From: Rhodothermales bacterium
GTDB taxonomy: Bacteria > Bacteroidota > Rhodothermia > Rhodothermales > VXPQ01
NCBI GenBank assembly: GCA_040904565.1
Contig: JBBDTI010000031.1
Location: 9,766-73,765, forward strand
Length of the DNA: 64,000 nt
Direction of reading: 5' to 3'
The position numbers were made by a program, and so were the translations under genes. A model generated the notes under the pieces. It saw nothing but the letters and a program-made list of their open reading frames with translations. It searched no databases and had not been told where the DNA came from. How positions within the stretch are numbered: the first letter of the stretch is position 1; the number at the start of each line of letters is the position of its first letter. Shown one piece after another: positions 28,223-38,264 of the stretch.

Positions 28223-28376
28223 GCGCTCAGACAGATAAGTCGGGGAATTTGCGGGCGGCGACATGCTTCGCAGCCCGGGCGTTACCGCGCTCTCACGATG
28301 CGGAGTCGATGACGCATCGTGGAGCGTTAATTTACGGGGATGGTCGACGAAGATAAGATGAAACTATGCCGGCGCG

Positions 28377-30044
28377 TTAAAACACCTGTCCGAGGCTCGA
28401 ACCGTCGCGTGCCACGGCACGCACGGTTAGCGTGGATAGCCCGATGAGTATCATGAGAAAGACGCTGTATGCCGCAGCCGCTCCGAAATCGTAGATGCGC
28501 AGTTGCGCCAGAATTTCGACACTGATGGGTCGGTTATTGAAGACGTACAGCATGATCGACGAGACGAATTCGCCGAGCGCCGCCACGAAGGTCAGCAGCG
28601 TGCCGGCCAGAATTCCCGGTGTGATGGCCGGTAAGACGATGCGGCGAAACGTCGTGGCGAACCGGGCTCCGAGGTCGGAGGAGGCTTCGACGAGCCGGTC
28701 ATCGAAACGCTCCAGTGCGGCTGTCGTCGAGCGGACCACCAGCGGGATGTTTCGGATGAAATAGGCCAGCGGCAGGATCCAGAAACTACCTATCATAACC
28801 GCATTCATCGCCAGCACGCTAGGCTCATTGAACGTCACGATCAGATTGACGGCGATGACGGTTCCGGGTATGGCGAAGGGAAGCGCCGTCAGCAGCCGCA
28901 TCATGCCCCGCCCGGGCAGGCGGCCCTTCGCGATGTACAGGGCGGCTCCGACGCCGAAGAGAACGTTTCCGGCCGTCGCGATCAGCGCCATGCGGAGGCT
29001 GTTCGAGATGGGCTGCAGCACGTCCGGATCGCGGAAAAGGACGGTATAGTTATCGAGCGTATAGGCCGCGGGGAGGATCTGGTACGTCCAGCTTCCTTCC
29101 TGAACGAAGGAAATGAGGACGACGGTAACGATGGGCAGCATCAGGAAGAGGAGAATCAGCACGGCGGCGGAAACGGCGACGGAGCGTCCCCATCCACTCG
29201 TAATCGGTGCGGGAGGCGCCGAAACGCCCTTAGCAGCGCCGACGCTCCGCCCCCGGCTGTAGCCCGTCTCCAGGATCAACAGAAAGAGCAGGCAGATGGC
29301 CGTCAGCACGGTCGAGACGGCGGCGGATAGCGCCAGATTGCCGTTCGTCTTGTAGTTGTAGATCTGCAGCGTGAGAAAATTTTCCGTGCCTGCGAAGAGC
29401 AGGGGTGCGGTAAAGGACGCCATCGAGATCATAAAGACGAGGAGGGACGCTCCCACGAGGGCGGGTTTGAGCTGGGGAAGCACGACCCGACGAAAGGTCG
29501 TGACGCCCGACGCTCCGAGTCCGGCCGACGCCTCGAGCAAGCTCCGATCGATGCCGCCGAGGGCCGACATGACGAAGAGATAGAAGTAGACGTACATCGT
29601 ATATACGTGCACGAGCCAGACGGCCCAGAGTCCGTCGAACGAGAAGGGTACGCTCTGAAGGTCGAGCAGTGCCTGGAGGCCGCGCGGCAACATCCCGCTT
29701 TCCCCGTAGAGAAACAGAAACGCGAGGACGCCGACGAGGGGAGGAAGGGCCAGCGGAAGGGCGGCCACCGCCATGAGAAGCCCGCGCAGCGGGAACGTGA
29801 AACGATGGAAGAAAAATGCGAGCGCCGTCCCCAGGAGTCCGGCACCGAGGACCGTCGTGATGGAGATGAAGACGGAGTTATAAAGTGCCCGGACGTTGGC
29901 GGAGGACCACGAGGAAAAGAGGCGCGCGTAGTTGTCGATCGTCATCCCGATCTCGAACGTGCGCAGGCTCGGATAGAGGACGTACGCTGAGAGGATCAGT
30001 AAGAGCGGGACCGCAAGGTAGGCCGTAGCGCGGCGCGTCAGCAT
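28377..30044 (-). CDS. ABC transporter permease, duplicated (two-domain, ~12 TM) Fe(3+)/thiamine-type
   Basis: 555 aa with two internal MetI-like halves, each carrying an EAA-type loop (LLEASAGLGASGVTTFRRVVLPQLKP and LVEASSDLGARFATTFRRIVLPAITP). Confidence 0.85.
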   Translation of the reverse strand: MLTRRATAYLAVPLLLILSAYVLYPSLRTFEIGMTIDNYARLFSSWSSANVRALYNSVFISITTVLGAGLLGTALAFFFHRFTFPLRGLLMAVAALPLALPPLVGVLAFLFLYGESGMLPRGLQALLDLQSVPFSFDGLWAVWLVHVYTMYVYFYLFVMSALGGIDRSLLEASAGLGASGVTTFRRVVLPQLKPALVGASLLVFMISMASFTAPLLFAGTENFLTLQIYNYKTNGNLALSAAVSTVLTAICLLFLLILETGYSRGRSVGAAKGVSAPPAPITSGWGRSVAVSAAVLILLFLMLPIVTVVLISFVQEGSWTYQILPAAYTLDNYTVLFRDPDVLQPISNSLRMALIATAGNVLFGVGAALYIAKGRLPGRGMMRLLTALPFAIPGTVIAVNLIVTFNEPSVLAMNAVMIGSFWILPLAYFIRNIPLVVRSTTAALERFDDRLVEASSDLGARFATTFRRIVLPAITPGILAGTLLTFVAALGEFVSSIMLYVFNNRPISVEILAQLRIYDFGAAAAYSVFLMILIGLSTLTVRAVARDGSSLGQVF

Positions 30045-30050
30045 ACGATC

Positions 30051-30743
30051 CTAGAGATTGCTGCGGCCTTCGAGGGCACGCGATAGGGTCGCTTCGTCGG
30101 CGTACTCGAGGTCGCCGCCGATCGGCAATCCGCGTGCGATGCGCGTAAGTCGGACGCCGTGCGGTTTCAGGAGCTGCGAGATGTAGTAGGCCGTCGTATC
30201 GCCTTCGACGTTCGGGTTCAGCGCCAGAATGACCTCCTCGACGGCGGGGCGTTCGTCAGGTTCATACGGCAGGGCGTTTTCGGCCACGGCGGCCTCCCCG
30301 TTTTCACCAGATACCTTCTCCGATGAGACCCGCTCGAACTCCGGGTCGATGCGTCCCACGAGGGACCGGATATTGAGATCCTCAGGTCCGATGCCGTCCA
30401 GCGGCGAGATAACTCCGCCGAGGACGTGATAGACCCCGCGATATTCGTTCGTTCGCTCGAGCGCCATCACGTCGTTAGCATCTTCCACGACGCAGATCAA
30501 CGAGTGGTCGCGGCGATGCGATCGGCAGATCGAGCAGGGATCCTCATCCGTCACGTTGTTGCAGACCGAGCAATTCTTGACCCGGTCTTTTACGTTGACG
30601 AGGGCTTCGGCCAGCTCGACGACGTCCGCCCGCGCCATCTTCAGGACATACGAGGCGAGCCGCTGCGCGGTCTTTCGGCCGATCGTCGGCAGCTTCGTGA
30701 ATTGCTCGACGAGCGCCTCGACCGACTCGGACGTGAAATTCAT
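30051..30743 (-). CDS. recR: recombination protein RecR
   Basis: [20 protein letters not shown] (HhH), a Cys4 zinc finger (CSVCNN...CSIC) and a Toprim domain ([17 protein letters not shown]...YHVLGG). It carries an extra ~28-aa acidic insert compared with typical ~200-aa RecR. Confidence 0.95.
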   Translation of the reverse strand: MNFTSESVEALVEQFTKLPTIGRKTAQRLASYVLKMARADVVELAEALVNVKDRVKNCSVCNNVTDEDPCSICRSHRRDHSLICVVEDANDVMALERTNEYRGVYHVLGGVISPLDGIGPEDLNIRSLVGRIDPEFERVSSEKVSGENGEAAVAENALPYEPDERPAVEEVILALNPNVEGDTTAYYISQLLKPHGVRLTRIARGLPIGGDLEYADEATLSRALEGRSNL

Positions 30744-30803
30744 GGTGGAGGCGAAGTTAGTCCGCGGGCAGGTAGGAGCAGGCGTGCATCGACGCGGTCG
30801 ATG

Positions 30804-31142
30804 CTAGAGTCCGAGCGAGGAGAGGTCCATTCCCGGAGGAAGCATTCCGCCCGCGGCTCCAGACATCTCCTGCTGAGCCATTTCCTGCGCTTCGTCCAAT
30901 GCTTTGTTTACACCCGCGATGACCAGATCTTCCAGCAGTTCAAGGTCGTCGGGATCGATCGCGTCCGGCTCGATCTTGATGCTCGTAACGCGCTGCGCGC
31001 CATTGGCGGTCACCTTGACCATGCCGCCGCCGGCCTCTGCCGTTACCGACTTCGAGGCCAGGTTCTCCTGGACCTCGTTCATCTTCTTCTGCATCTCCAT
31101 GATCTTGCCGAACATATCGGCCATATTTCCACCGTTGGACAT
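30804..31142 (-). CDS. ybaB: nucleoid-associated protein YbaB/EbfC
   Basis: MADMFGKIMEMQKKMNEVQENL...AGGGMVKVTANG...IKIEPDAIDPDDLELLEDLVIAGVNKAL is the classic YbaB pattern, and the gene has the classic position between dnaX and recR. Confidence 0.9.
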   Translation of the reverse strand: MSNGGNMADMFGKIMEMQKKMNEVQENLASKSVTAEAGGGMVKVTANGAQRVTSIKIEPDAIDPDDLELLEDLVIAGVNKALDEAQEMAQQEMSGAAGGMLPPGMDLSSLGL

Positions 31143-31277
31143 GAGGTACCCTGCAAATTTTGCTGAATGGAACTCGAGTCGACGCTAAACCACTGTGTAA
31201 CCACTGTGCTCCGCTATCGGCGGCGTCACGGAGACGCGTGCGATGGAGGCGTTCCGACAACGCGGCGCCCCCCTTAC

Positions 31278-33374
31278 TTACCAGACCAGCTCACCGCCGA
31301 ACTGATCGAAGATGGCACGGACGACCGGGTTTTCCTCCCGCTTCCGTTTCATGTACTCGTACGGATCGAAATCTGAGGCGGTTTCTTGGGACGCCGTCTC
31401 ATCCATCGATTCGCGAATCGAGAACTGAATCGTACGGATCGAAACGTCGACCAGCTCTTCGAGGTGGCCGAGCACGTAGGACGACTGGCTGGTCAGTACG
31501 CGCCGGTGAAAATCGTTGGGTACGGCAATTTGAACGACGCCGTCGTCGAAGGCTTCGGGCTCGGTGTGATGAAGAAGCGACCACACCTGGATCTTGTCGT
31601 TCTTGACGGCCTCGAGCAGCTCGTCCCACGCGCCGGTGATCGGGCCCGCGTCTGCTCGGTCGGGCGGCGCGCGATCCGGTTCCGCCTCGTTGTCGTCTGT
31701 CGACGCTTCGGCGGGCGACGGCCTGCGAAGGGCCGGTTTCCCGAGGAGGTCCGACGCACCGCTGCCTGGTGATTGTTTCGGGCTGGTGGCCGGCTGCGGT
31801 GACTCTTCAGGGGGCGGGGTGGACGACGTGCCGTCGCCGAGATGTTTCGGCGACGGCTCGTCTACCAGAGACAACGTCGTCGTAGATCCCGCTGCACCGG
31901 GCGCAGCCGTTCGTGCGCTCCGGGCGGTCGCTTCGGCATCCGACGAGGCCGGCGTGGGTTCCCGCGATGCCCCGGAGACTGGGGGCTCAGCGTCCGTCTT
32001 CGGCGGTTTCGATTTCGGCGGCGACGGATTCGCCGTGTTCTGATCCGGCGTGGACCGTGACGCATCGGACGGTTTCGCCGTGCTCTTTTTCGGCGTGGAC
32101 CGTTTGGGTGTGTCGGCCGGCACGCGGGAGGGGGTACGGGACGGCGCATCGGCGGGGGCGCTCGACGATGTCTCGCCGGAAAGATCGCCGGTGGGGAGTT
32201 CTCCCCGACGCGCCATCTCCTCCAGTCGGTCGATCTTCGAGAGGGCGGTACGGAGGTCCGCGCCGAGTGTTATCGATGCCATCTTCAGCAGCGTGGTCTC
32301 CACCTTCAGGCGCGGCTGCGTGGCCCCTTTGATCGCGTCTTCCGCATCGGCCGCCACGGTGAGCAGGCGAAGGAGGTCGGATTCGGTGAAGTCAGCGACG
32401 GCGTCGCCATAGCGCGCCCGGGTCGTCTGCGCCGCCTCGATGAGATCGAGATCCTCCATCGTCCGTGCGACGAGGAGATTTCGAAGGTGCTCCGACAGCC
32501 CGGAGAGGAATTCCTGTAGATCGTGCCCGGCGCGTACCGTGCGCTCCACCAGCCGCAGCATGCCGCCCGTGTCGCGCGCGGCGACGAGGTCGGTCACCTC
32601 GAAATAGCGGTCGACTTCTACGACGCCCAGTGCTTTGGCCAGCTCCGCGTATTCGATGTCGTTACCACAGAGCGATACGGCCTGATCGAAGACGGAGAGG
32701 GCATCACGCAGCGCCCCGTCGCCCTTCCGTGCGATGAGCATCAGCGAGGCTTCATCCGCCCGAATGTTCTCCTCCTCACAGATCTCTGTCAGCCGGTCCG
32801 TGATTTCGGGTACGGCAATGCGGCGAAAATCGAACCGCTGGCAGCGCGAGAGGATCGTCGGCAGCACCTTGTGCGGCTCCGTCGTCGCAAAGATGAACAG
32901 CACGTGCGGTGGTGGTTCTTCGAGCGTCTTCAGCAGGGCGTTGAATGCCGCCGTCGAGAGCATGTGCACCTCGTCGACGATATACACTTTCTTGCGACCG
33001 CCTTGCGGTGGAATGCGAACGGTCTCCCGAAGGTCGCGAATGTCGTCGACACGGTTGTTCGAGGCCGCGTCGATTTCGATGATGTTGAGGCTGCGTCCTT
33101 CCTCGAACGTACGGCACGAGTCGCACGACCTGCACGGTTCCGCATTCGCTTCCCGCTCTTCGAGCGGCGTCGTGCAGTTGATCGCTTTTGCGAGAATGCG
33201 CGCCGCCGTGGTTTTGCCGACGCCGCGCGGCCCGCTGAACAGATACGCGTGTGCCAGGCGGTCGAGCCGGATGGCATTCTTGAGGGTCTCGGTAACGTGC
33301 TGCTGGGCTACGAGCTCACTGAAGAGCTGCGGTCGGTACTTGCGAGCGGTTACGAGATACCTCTGAGCGGACAT
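31278..33374 (-). CDS. dnaX: DNA polymerase III subunits gamma/tau
   Basis: ATG at 33374 (MSAQRYLVTARKYRPQLFSELVAQQHV). Walker A is GPRGVGKTT, with a Zn module (C..C..C) and VYIVDEVHMLS. A ~200-aa Pro/Ser/Thr/Ala-rich linker precedes the C-terminal domain. Confidence 0.95.
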   Translation of the reverse strand: MSAQRYLVTARKYRPQLFSELVAQQHVTETLKNAIRLDRLAHAYLFSGPRGVGKTTAARILAKAINCTTPLEEREANAEPCRSCDSCRTFEEGRSLNIIEIDAASNNRVDDIRDLRETVRIPPQGGRKKVYIVDEVHMLSTAAFNALLKTLEEPPPHVLFIFATTEPHKVLPTILSRCQRFDFRRIAVPEITDRLTEICEEENIRADEASLMLIARKGDGALRDALSVFDQAVSLCGNDIEYAELAKALGVVEVDRYFEVTDLVAARDTGGMLRLVERTVRAGHDLQEFLSGLSEHLRNLLVARTMEDLDLIEAAQTTRARYGDAVADFTESDLLRLLTVAADAEDAIKGATQPRLKVETTLLKMASITLGADLRTALSKIDRLEEMARRGELPTGDLSGETSSSAPADAPSRTPSRVPADTPKRSTPKKSTAKPSDASRSTPDQNTANPSPPKSKPPKTDAEPPVSGASREPTPASSDAEATARSARTAAPGAAGSTTTLSLVDEPSPKHLGDGTSSTPPPEESPQPATSPKQSPGSGASDLLGKPALRRPSPAEASTDDNEAEPDRAPPDRADAGPITGAWDELLEAVKNDKIQVWSLLHHTEPEAFDDGVVQIAVPNDFHRRVLTSQSSYVLGHLEELVDVSIRTIQFSIRESMDETASQETASDFDPYEYMKRKREENPVVRAIFDQFGGELVW

Positions 33375-33683
33375 GCAGATAATGCGTTGCGGAGTGGGGA
33401 AATCGTTGTGCCGGTGCCGGACCGTCTTCAACAACCGTCGTCAACAGGAGCGGGGCGCGGGCCGGGATGGACGGCGGCGTCGTGTCGAATCGGGTAGCGC
33501 CGTGCCGCGGTTCCAATCAACTTAGCAGACGATGCCGTGAGGCGCAAGATCCCTGAGGCTCGAAGACGGGGAAATTGGACCGTGTCGTGTGGACTCCGCC
33601 GCGCCATCGAGGCCCACGCCATCGGTGCCCGAGCGACACGTTCCGACGCCGCGCCGCGGCCCTGGTGGTCCTCTGTTCCGATC

Positions 33684-34436
33684 TTATATCGTGCCGTAGG
33701 TACCTGCGAGCACCCATCCGGTCGTGCCGTTGGGGAGCTGGACCTCGCTCCACGCGGCACGTTGAGTCACGACCTTGACGACGGTTCCTTCGTGGACCTG
33801 CACGTCGGTCCGGCCACCGTTCGGTCGATCGAGCAGCGTCGTTCGATTTTCGAGCATGACGGCTCGAACGGTATGTACGCGATCGTACGACGCCGTAAGT
33901 CCCAGAAGGATGAAGCATACGCCCGGGAGACCTAATCCGTAGGCGGCGCGGCGAAGCCACGCCGATCGACCGCGGCGGATCCACATTGCAAGGGCTCCCG
34001 CCGCGCCGAGATAGAGGAGGAGTCCGACCGTGAAGAGCGCTGCTGGACTCCAAACCTGACCGATCCGCTCCAGCGCCGTTCGCCATATGGGCGGCGGGAC
34101 GCGCGAGAACGAATCGGAGATTTGCCCTCGCGCCAGCGAGAGGTTGTGGGCTACATCCGTACGGGCGGGCAGCCACCTGGCGGCTTTTTCGTAGTACCGA
34201 ATGGACTGGCCGAGCTCGTCCATTCTAAAGTACGCGTTCCCCATATTGTAATAGAGCGATCCGCTGCCGTACCCCGCCTCGATCGCCATCCGATATTGCT
34301 CGACGGCTGCCTCGAAATCTCCTTCTCGGAAAAGCCTGTTACCCTCGTCGAAATGACGGTCGGCCACGTCGACCCCCTGCGCGCGGACGGGGGCGGCGAA
34401 GAGCAGTACAGCGGCTATGAGGCACCGGACCGTCAT
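33684..34436 (-). CDS. batE: BatE-like TPR + SH3 domain protein
   Basis: Signal peptide, TPR repeats (GNRLFREGDFEAAVEQYRMAIE...YYNMGNAYFRMDELGQSIRYYEKA), TM segments and a C-terminal SH3b-like domain (GTVVKVVTQRAAWSEVQLPNGTTGWV). It is the last gene of the bat string. Confidence 0.75.
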   Translation of the reverse strand: MTVRCLIAAVLLFAAPVRAQGVDVADRHFDEGNRLFREGDFEAAVEQYRMAIEAGYGSGSLYYNMGNAYFRMDELGQSIRYYEKAARWLPARTDVAHNLSLARGQISDSFSRVPPPIWRTALERIGQVWSPAALFTVGLLLYLGAAGALAMWIRRGRSAWLRRAAYGLGLPGVCFILLGLTASYDRVHTVRAVMLENRTTLLDRPNGGRTDVQVHEGTVVKVVTQRAAWSEVQLPNGTTGWVLAGTYGTI

Positions 34437-34439
34437 ATG

Positions 34440-36305
34440 CTACACCGAGGCCGGTTCTGAGCGGCGTGCCTTGACGGCCTCATCTACGGCGAGAATGACG
34501 GCTGCCGCGCGCTCACCGGCGTGTTCCATGGTTTCCCGCTCCGGTACCAGGGGAGCGAATCGCACCCGATCGCACTCATCGAGCAGGTTGCGCAGCACGG
34601 TCCGATCGTCACGGCCGACCCCGACGCTTACCAGGAGTGCGTCGATCTGGTTGCGCGTCAAACCGGTTGCCGCGACATGTAATCGATTGCCGATGAAGCC
34701 GGTGACGGCTCGTTCGATCTCCTTATAGAATGCCCGCGATCGTCCGTCGGCGAGATGCTCCTGTGCCGACCGGAGGTGTTTTCCGGCGAGCGGATGAGCC
34801 ATGCGACTCCGCGCTCGACGCGGGTCGTCCGTCAGGGCGCTCTCGCGTCTCCTGGCTGCATAGAGAAAAAGGAGCAGGCCGATGGGGAGTGCCAGCGCGG
34901 CATACGGCCACGCCCGCCGGTGCAGAGGGGGAGCATCGACGGCGTGCCACGAAGCTGCTCCTGCGTGAATAGGAGCGATATCGTCGATGGGAAGTCCGCC
35001 CGACGTCGTGCCGGCCGCCAGAGGCGAAGCCGAACCCGTCACGCGGAGCGCAGGGAGCGCCGCCTCGGACGTTTCATACCGTCCGCTTTCGGGGTCGAAA
35101 TAGGTCAGCGTGACGGGCGGAAGCTCGTAGGTACCGTTCGATCGAGGTACCAGGACGTACCTGAACGTCTTGCTCCCACGGATGCGTCGTCCGTCTCGGT
35201 CGATGGACGTTTCAATGCCCGGATCGTAGCGTTCGAAAATGGCCGGGGGTTGGAAGCGGGGCGCGTCCAGCGTGGCGAGATTTCCCGCGCCGCGGACGAC
35301 CACCTCAAGCTGCACGGGTTCTCCGACCTCGACGTCGGATTCGTCGATCCCGGCCTCTACGGCGTACGTACCGACAGCTCCCGAGAACGAGCCCGGCGCG
35401 TTATCGGGCAGCGGACGCACGCGGAGGTGCACGGGCGGGGACGAGAGACTGACCGACTCGAACCGGCCCCGCATCGAGAAGAAACGGTCGAAGGCGTCCG
35501 ACGCGCCCGACGGCACGTAGGCTTCCGTCTCAATTTCCAGTGGATCGATCGTCAGGTCGCCCGATCGCGTCGGAAAAACGGCCACTCGCTTCAGCACGAT
35601 CATGTGATAGACGATGCCGTTTTCGACGCGCGTTTCCGGTACGGGTCTGGAATCCACGTTGAATTCCTCTCTCCAGAACCCCTCTGCGTCCCACGAGCCG
35701 GCAAGACGGCTCTGGCGCAGTTGCACGCCGTCCCGAAAAAAGAGCTGATATTCGATGGTGACCTGTTCGTTCAGCCGGGCCTCTAACGTACTTGCGACGG
35801 CCCGGATGAACAGGTCGCGCGCCCTCTCGACGGCGTTGTCTGGGCTCTCCTGAGTGGACGATCCGGCTGAAGGCCACTGCGGACGCGCGTTCCGACCGTT
35901 CGGGCGCTGTGACTGATCGACGACCGTTATCGATATCGGTTCGGTGGAATACGTCCGATCGCCAACTGCGACGGAAGCCGCCTTGATGCGGGCCGGGCCC
36001 GCCTCCTGCGGCCTATAGGTCCACCTGAACGAGACCGACTGCTGGAGCCGGCCGTTGATGATCGTCATGCTCCGGTGCGTGCTCGGCGTGCGCTGCACGA
36101 GAACCAGTCCGGATACGTCGGGAGGCGACGGGGTACGTACGTCGGAAAGCGAGGCGCCCTCGATCTCTACACTGAAAACGACGGACTCCTGCGTGCCGAT
36201 GGTCGTTTCCGACACGCTGCCGCGCACGGCGACGTCCTGCGCGAGAGCCGGCACGGTGAGGACGAAGGCCAGCATGCCGAATATGGCGAGACGTACGTCT
36301 ATCAT
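34440..36305 (-). CDS. batD: BatD (oxygen-tolerance) protein
   Basis: The start is taken at ATG 36305 (MIDVRLAIFGMLAFVLTVPALAQ). The N-terminal BatD fold pattern is present (TIGTQESVVFSVEIEG...FRWTYRPQEAGPARI), followed by a TM helix near the C-terminus and a cytoplasmic tail. Confidence 0.8.
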   Translation of the reverse strand: MIDVRLAIFGMLAFVLTVPALAQDVAVRGSVSETTIGTQESVVFSVEIEGASLSDVRTPSPPDVSGLVLVQRTPSTHRSMTIINGRLQQSVSFRWTYRPQEAGPARIKAASVAVGDRTYSTEPISITVVDQSQRPNGRNARPQWPSAGSSTQESPDNAVERARDLFIRAVASTLEARLNEQVTIEYQLFFRDGVQLRQSRLAGSWDAEGFWREEFNVDSRPVPETRVENGIVYHMIVLKRVAVFPTRSGDLTIDPLEIETEAYVPSGASDAFDRFFSMRGRFESVSLSSPPVHLRVRPLPDNAPGSFSGAVGTYAVEAGIDESDVEVGEPVQLEVVVRGAGNLATLDAPRFQPPAIFERYDPGIETSIDRDGRRIRGSKTFRYVLVPRSNGTYELPPVTLTYFDPESGRYETSEAALPALRVTGSASPLAAGTTSGGLPIDDIAPIHAGAASWHAVDAPPLHRRAWPYAALALPIGLLLFLYAARRRESALTDDPRRARSRMAHPLAGKHLRSAQEHLADGRSRAFYKEIERAVTGFIGNRLHVAATGLTRNQIDALLVSVGVGRDDRTVLRNLLDECDRVRFAPLVPERETMEHAGERAAAVILAVDEAVKARRSEPASV

Positions 36306-36306
36306 C

Positions 36307-37092
36307 CTACCAATCCTTCTCGACCGTACGCGGTTGCCCACTGAGCCGCTGCACCTCGCGAAGCAGCTGTTCCTCTTCGTTCTGGAGGGCCTGCAGGATC
36401 CGTTCGGCCTGCGCCTCGCTCAGCCGCTCGTCGGCCTGTCCTTCCTGCTGCGGCGAACGCTGCTGCTGCTCGCCGTTCGCGGCATCCTGTTCACGCGAAT
36501 CGTCGTTCTGCTGCTCCTGCTCGGGTTGCGCTTCGTTGTCGCCCGCCCGGTTCTCCTGGTTTGCGTTCTCCCCGTCGCCATCCTCCTCACCACGCGGGTC
36601 CGACTCGTCGGAGTCCCCCTCCTGTTGCTGCTGCTGTTGTTCTTCCTGTTCCTGAAGGCGTCGCTTGACGAACTCATAGTTATACTTCGCGTCCGCATGG
36701 TCCGGATCGCGCAGCAGGCTTCGGCGATAGTTTTCCAGGGCGGCCTGGAGATCCTGGGCGGCATAGGCGGCATTTCCGGCATTGTAGGCCGTACGCGTCA
36801 CCTCCGCATCCGTCGTCGCAACGGCAAGCGCCTGGTCGAAGGCTTGCCGCGCATTCGGTGCATCTCCGGACCGCAGCAGCGCGGCCCCAAGATTATTGTG
36901 GAGGGCGTAGCGGAGCCGAGCCGGAGCGTCGTCCGCCAGAACGGCCAGCCCGCTGGCAAACGCCTCGGCGGCCTCTTCGTAGGCCTCTTCGTCGTACAAC
37001 CGGTTCCCGCGTCTTCCGTCCTTTTCCCCATCGTCGAGGAAAAGGGTGGTCGGACCGAGGAACAGAAGGAGAATGATCGTGAGGATGCGCAC
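36307..37092 (-). CDS. batC: BatC-like TPR protein with Gln/Glu/Asp-rich tail
   Basis: N-terminal TM/signal segment, TPR repeats (GNRLYDEEAYEEAAEAF..., YNAGNAAYAAQDLQAALENYRRSL) and a long acidic/Q-rich C-terminal region (QEQEEQQQQQQEGDSDESD...). Confidence 0.75.
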   Translation of the reverse strand: MRILTIILLLFLGPTTLFLDDGEKDGRRGNRLYDEEAYEEAAEAFASGLAVLADDAPARLRYALHNNLGAALLRSGDAPNARQAFDQALAVATTDAEVTRTAYNAGNAAYAAQDLQAALENYRRSLLRDPDHADAKYNYEFVKRRLQEQEEQQQQQQEGDSDESDPRGEEDGDGENANQENRAGDNEAQPEQEQQNDDSREQDAANGEQQQRSPQQEGQADERLSEAQAERILQALQNEEEQLLREVQRLSGQPRTVEKDW

Positions 37093-37214
37093 GGTGGATG
37101 CTGCGTTTGGCCGGGTTGCGTGTGGTCGAGCTCAGTCGGGTCAGATGGCGTGTCAGGCTGCCTCTGGTAAGGTGCGTGCGGTCAGGCTGCGTGCGGTCGG
37201 GCGTATTCCGGTGG

Positions 37215-38249
37215 TCAGCTGTCGTCCGTCGCCGCGGCCGAGCGGATCTTACGCCGATCCGTGACCAATCGTTCGAGCATAAGCAGGATGAGCGCTGCAG
37301 CCAGCGGCCACTGGTACCGCTCGTCGTACTCCTCGAACTCTTCGGTGGCAAACTCCTGTCGTTCCAAACGTTCGAACGACGACGTTATTCTGGGGAGGGA
37401 GCTGGACGTGCGGGCGATGCGAAAATAGGCCCCGTCGCCGGCGAGCTGCTGCAGCACCGCCTCCTCCAGCCGGGTTCGAACCGGTTCTCCCTGGGCGTCC
37501 TGCTTGAACCCCGTTCGCCGCCCATTCTCTGTCGTGGGGATGAGAGCGCCCTCGGTCTCGCCGACGCCCGCTGCATACATGACGATGCCTTCCTGGCGAG
37601 CCTCGGCGACGAGTTCGTCGACGGCAGCGACGTGATTCTCGCCATCGGATACGAACAACAGCGCCCGCGTCGGCTCATTATCCGGCGTATCGGTGGGTAC
37701 CTGAAACGCCTGCATGGCCATACGGAAGGCGGCACCGAAGTCGGTGCCCGGCGTCGGAATCATGGTAGGATCGGCCACGTCGAGAAACAGGCGCACGGCG
37801 GAATAGTCCGTCGTCAGCGGGCACTGAATGAACGCATCCCCTGCGAAAATGACGAGGCCGACACGATCCCCCCGCAGTTCGTCGAGCAGCTTCTTTATTT
37901 CGTTTTTCGATCGCTCCAGGCGGTTCGGTCCGACGTCCTCCGCCTGCATCGACTGAGAGACGTCGAGCGCGATGACGAGATCGATGCCTTCACGTCTGAC
38001 CTCGCGAAGTTCCGTGCCGAAACGCGGTCCGGCCAGAGCGAGCGCCAGAAGGACGATGCCGCCGGTTACCGCGGCCGCTTTCCAGCGGCGGCGGCGGGCA
38101 CTGACGGTCATGGAGAGCCGGGCGACGACCACCTCGCTGCCGAAGCGTCGGATCGCCTCGCGTCGCTTCCACGCTGCCCAGAGAAACAGGGTCACCGCGA
38201 GGGGAGCGGCACCGAGCGCCCATAAATATGTCGGATGAAGCCAGTCCAT
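37215..38249 (-). CDS. batB: BatB, VWA domain membrane protein
   Basis: MDWLHPTYLWALGAAPLAVTLFLWA (TM) is followed by a vWFA domain with a MIDAS motif (LVIALDVSQSM...). It is positioned after batA. Confidence 0.85.
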   Translation of the reverse strand: MDWLHPTYLWALGAAPLAVTLFLWAAWKRREAIRRFGSEVVVARLSMTVSARRRRWKAAAVTGGIVLLALALAGPRFGTELREVRREGIDLVIALDVSQSMQAEDVGPNRLERSKNEIKKLLDELRGDRVGLVIFAGDAFIQCPLTTDYSAVRLFLDVADPTMIPTPGTDFGAAFRMAMQAFQVPTDTPDNEPTRALLFVSDGENHVAAVDELVAEARQEGIVMYAAGVGETEGALIPTTENGRRTGFKQDAQGEPVRTRLEEAVLQQLAGDGAYFRIARTSSSLPRITSSFERLERQEFATEEFEEYDERYQWPLAAALILLMLERLVTDRRKIRSAAATDDS

Positions 38250-38264
38250 GCGTTTGGTAGGCGG

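Noticed and set aside
32085-32091. Possible dnaX programmed frameshift or slippage site (CCG AAA AAG on the coding strand)
   Set aside because: The run is only five A residues (G AAA AAG). It is neither the A AAA AAG heptamer of E. coli nor a long poly-A slippage tract as in Thermus, and I saw no downstream hairpin. There is no support for gamma production by recoding at this site.
33375-33683. SRP (4.5S) RNA gene upstream of dnaX, as in the ffs-dnaX-ybaB-recR arrangement of other bacteria
   Set aside because: I read both strands of the 309-bp spacer. The conserved helix-8 block (GGUCCGGAAGGAAGCAGC or variants) is not present, so there is no basis for a call.
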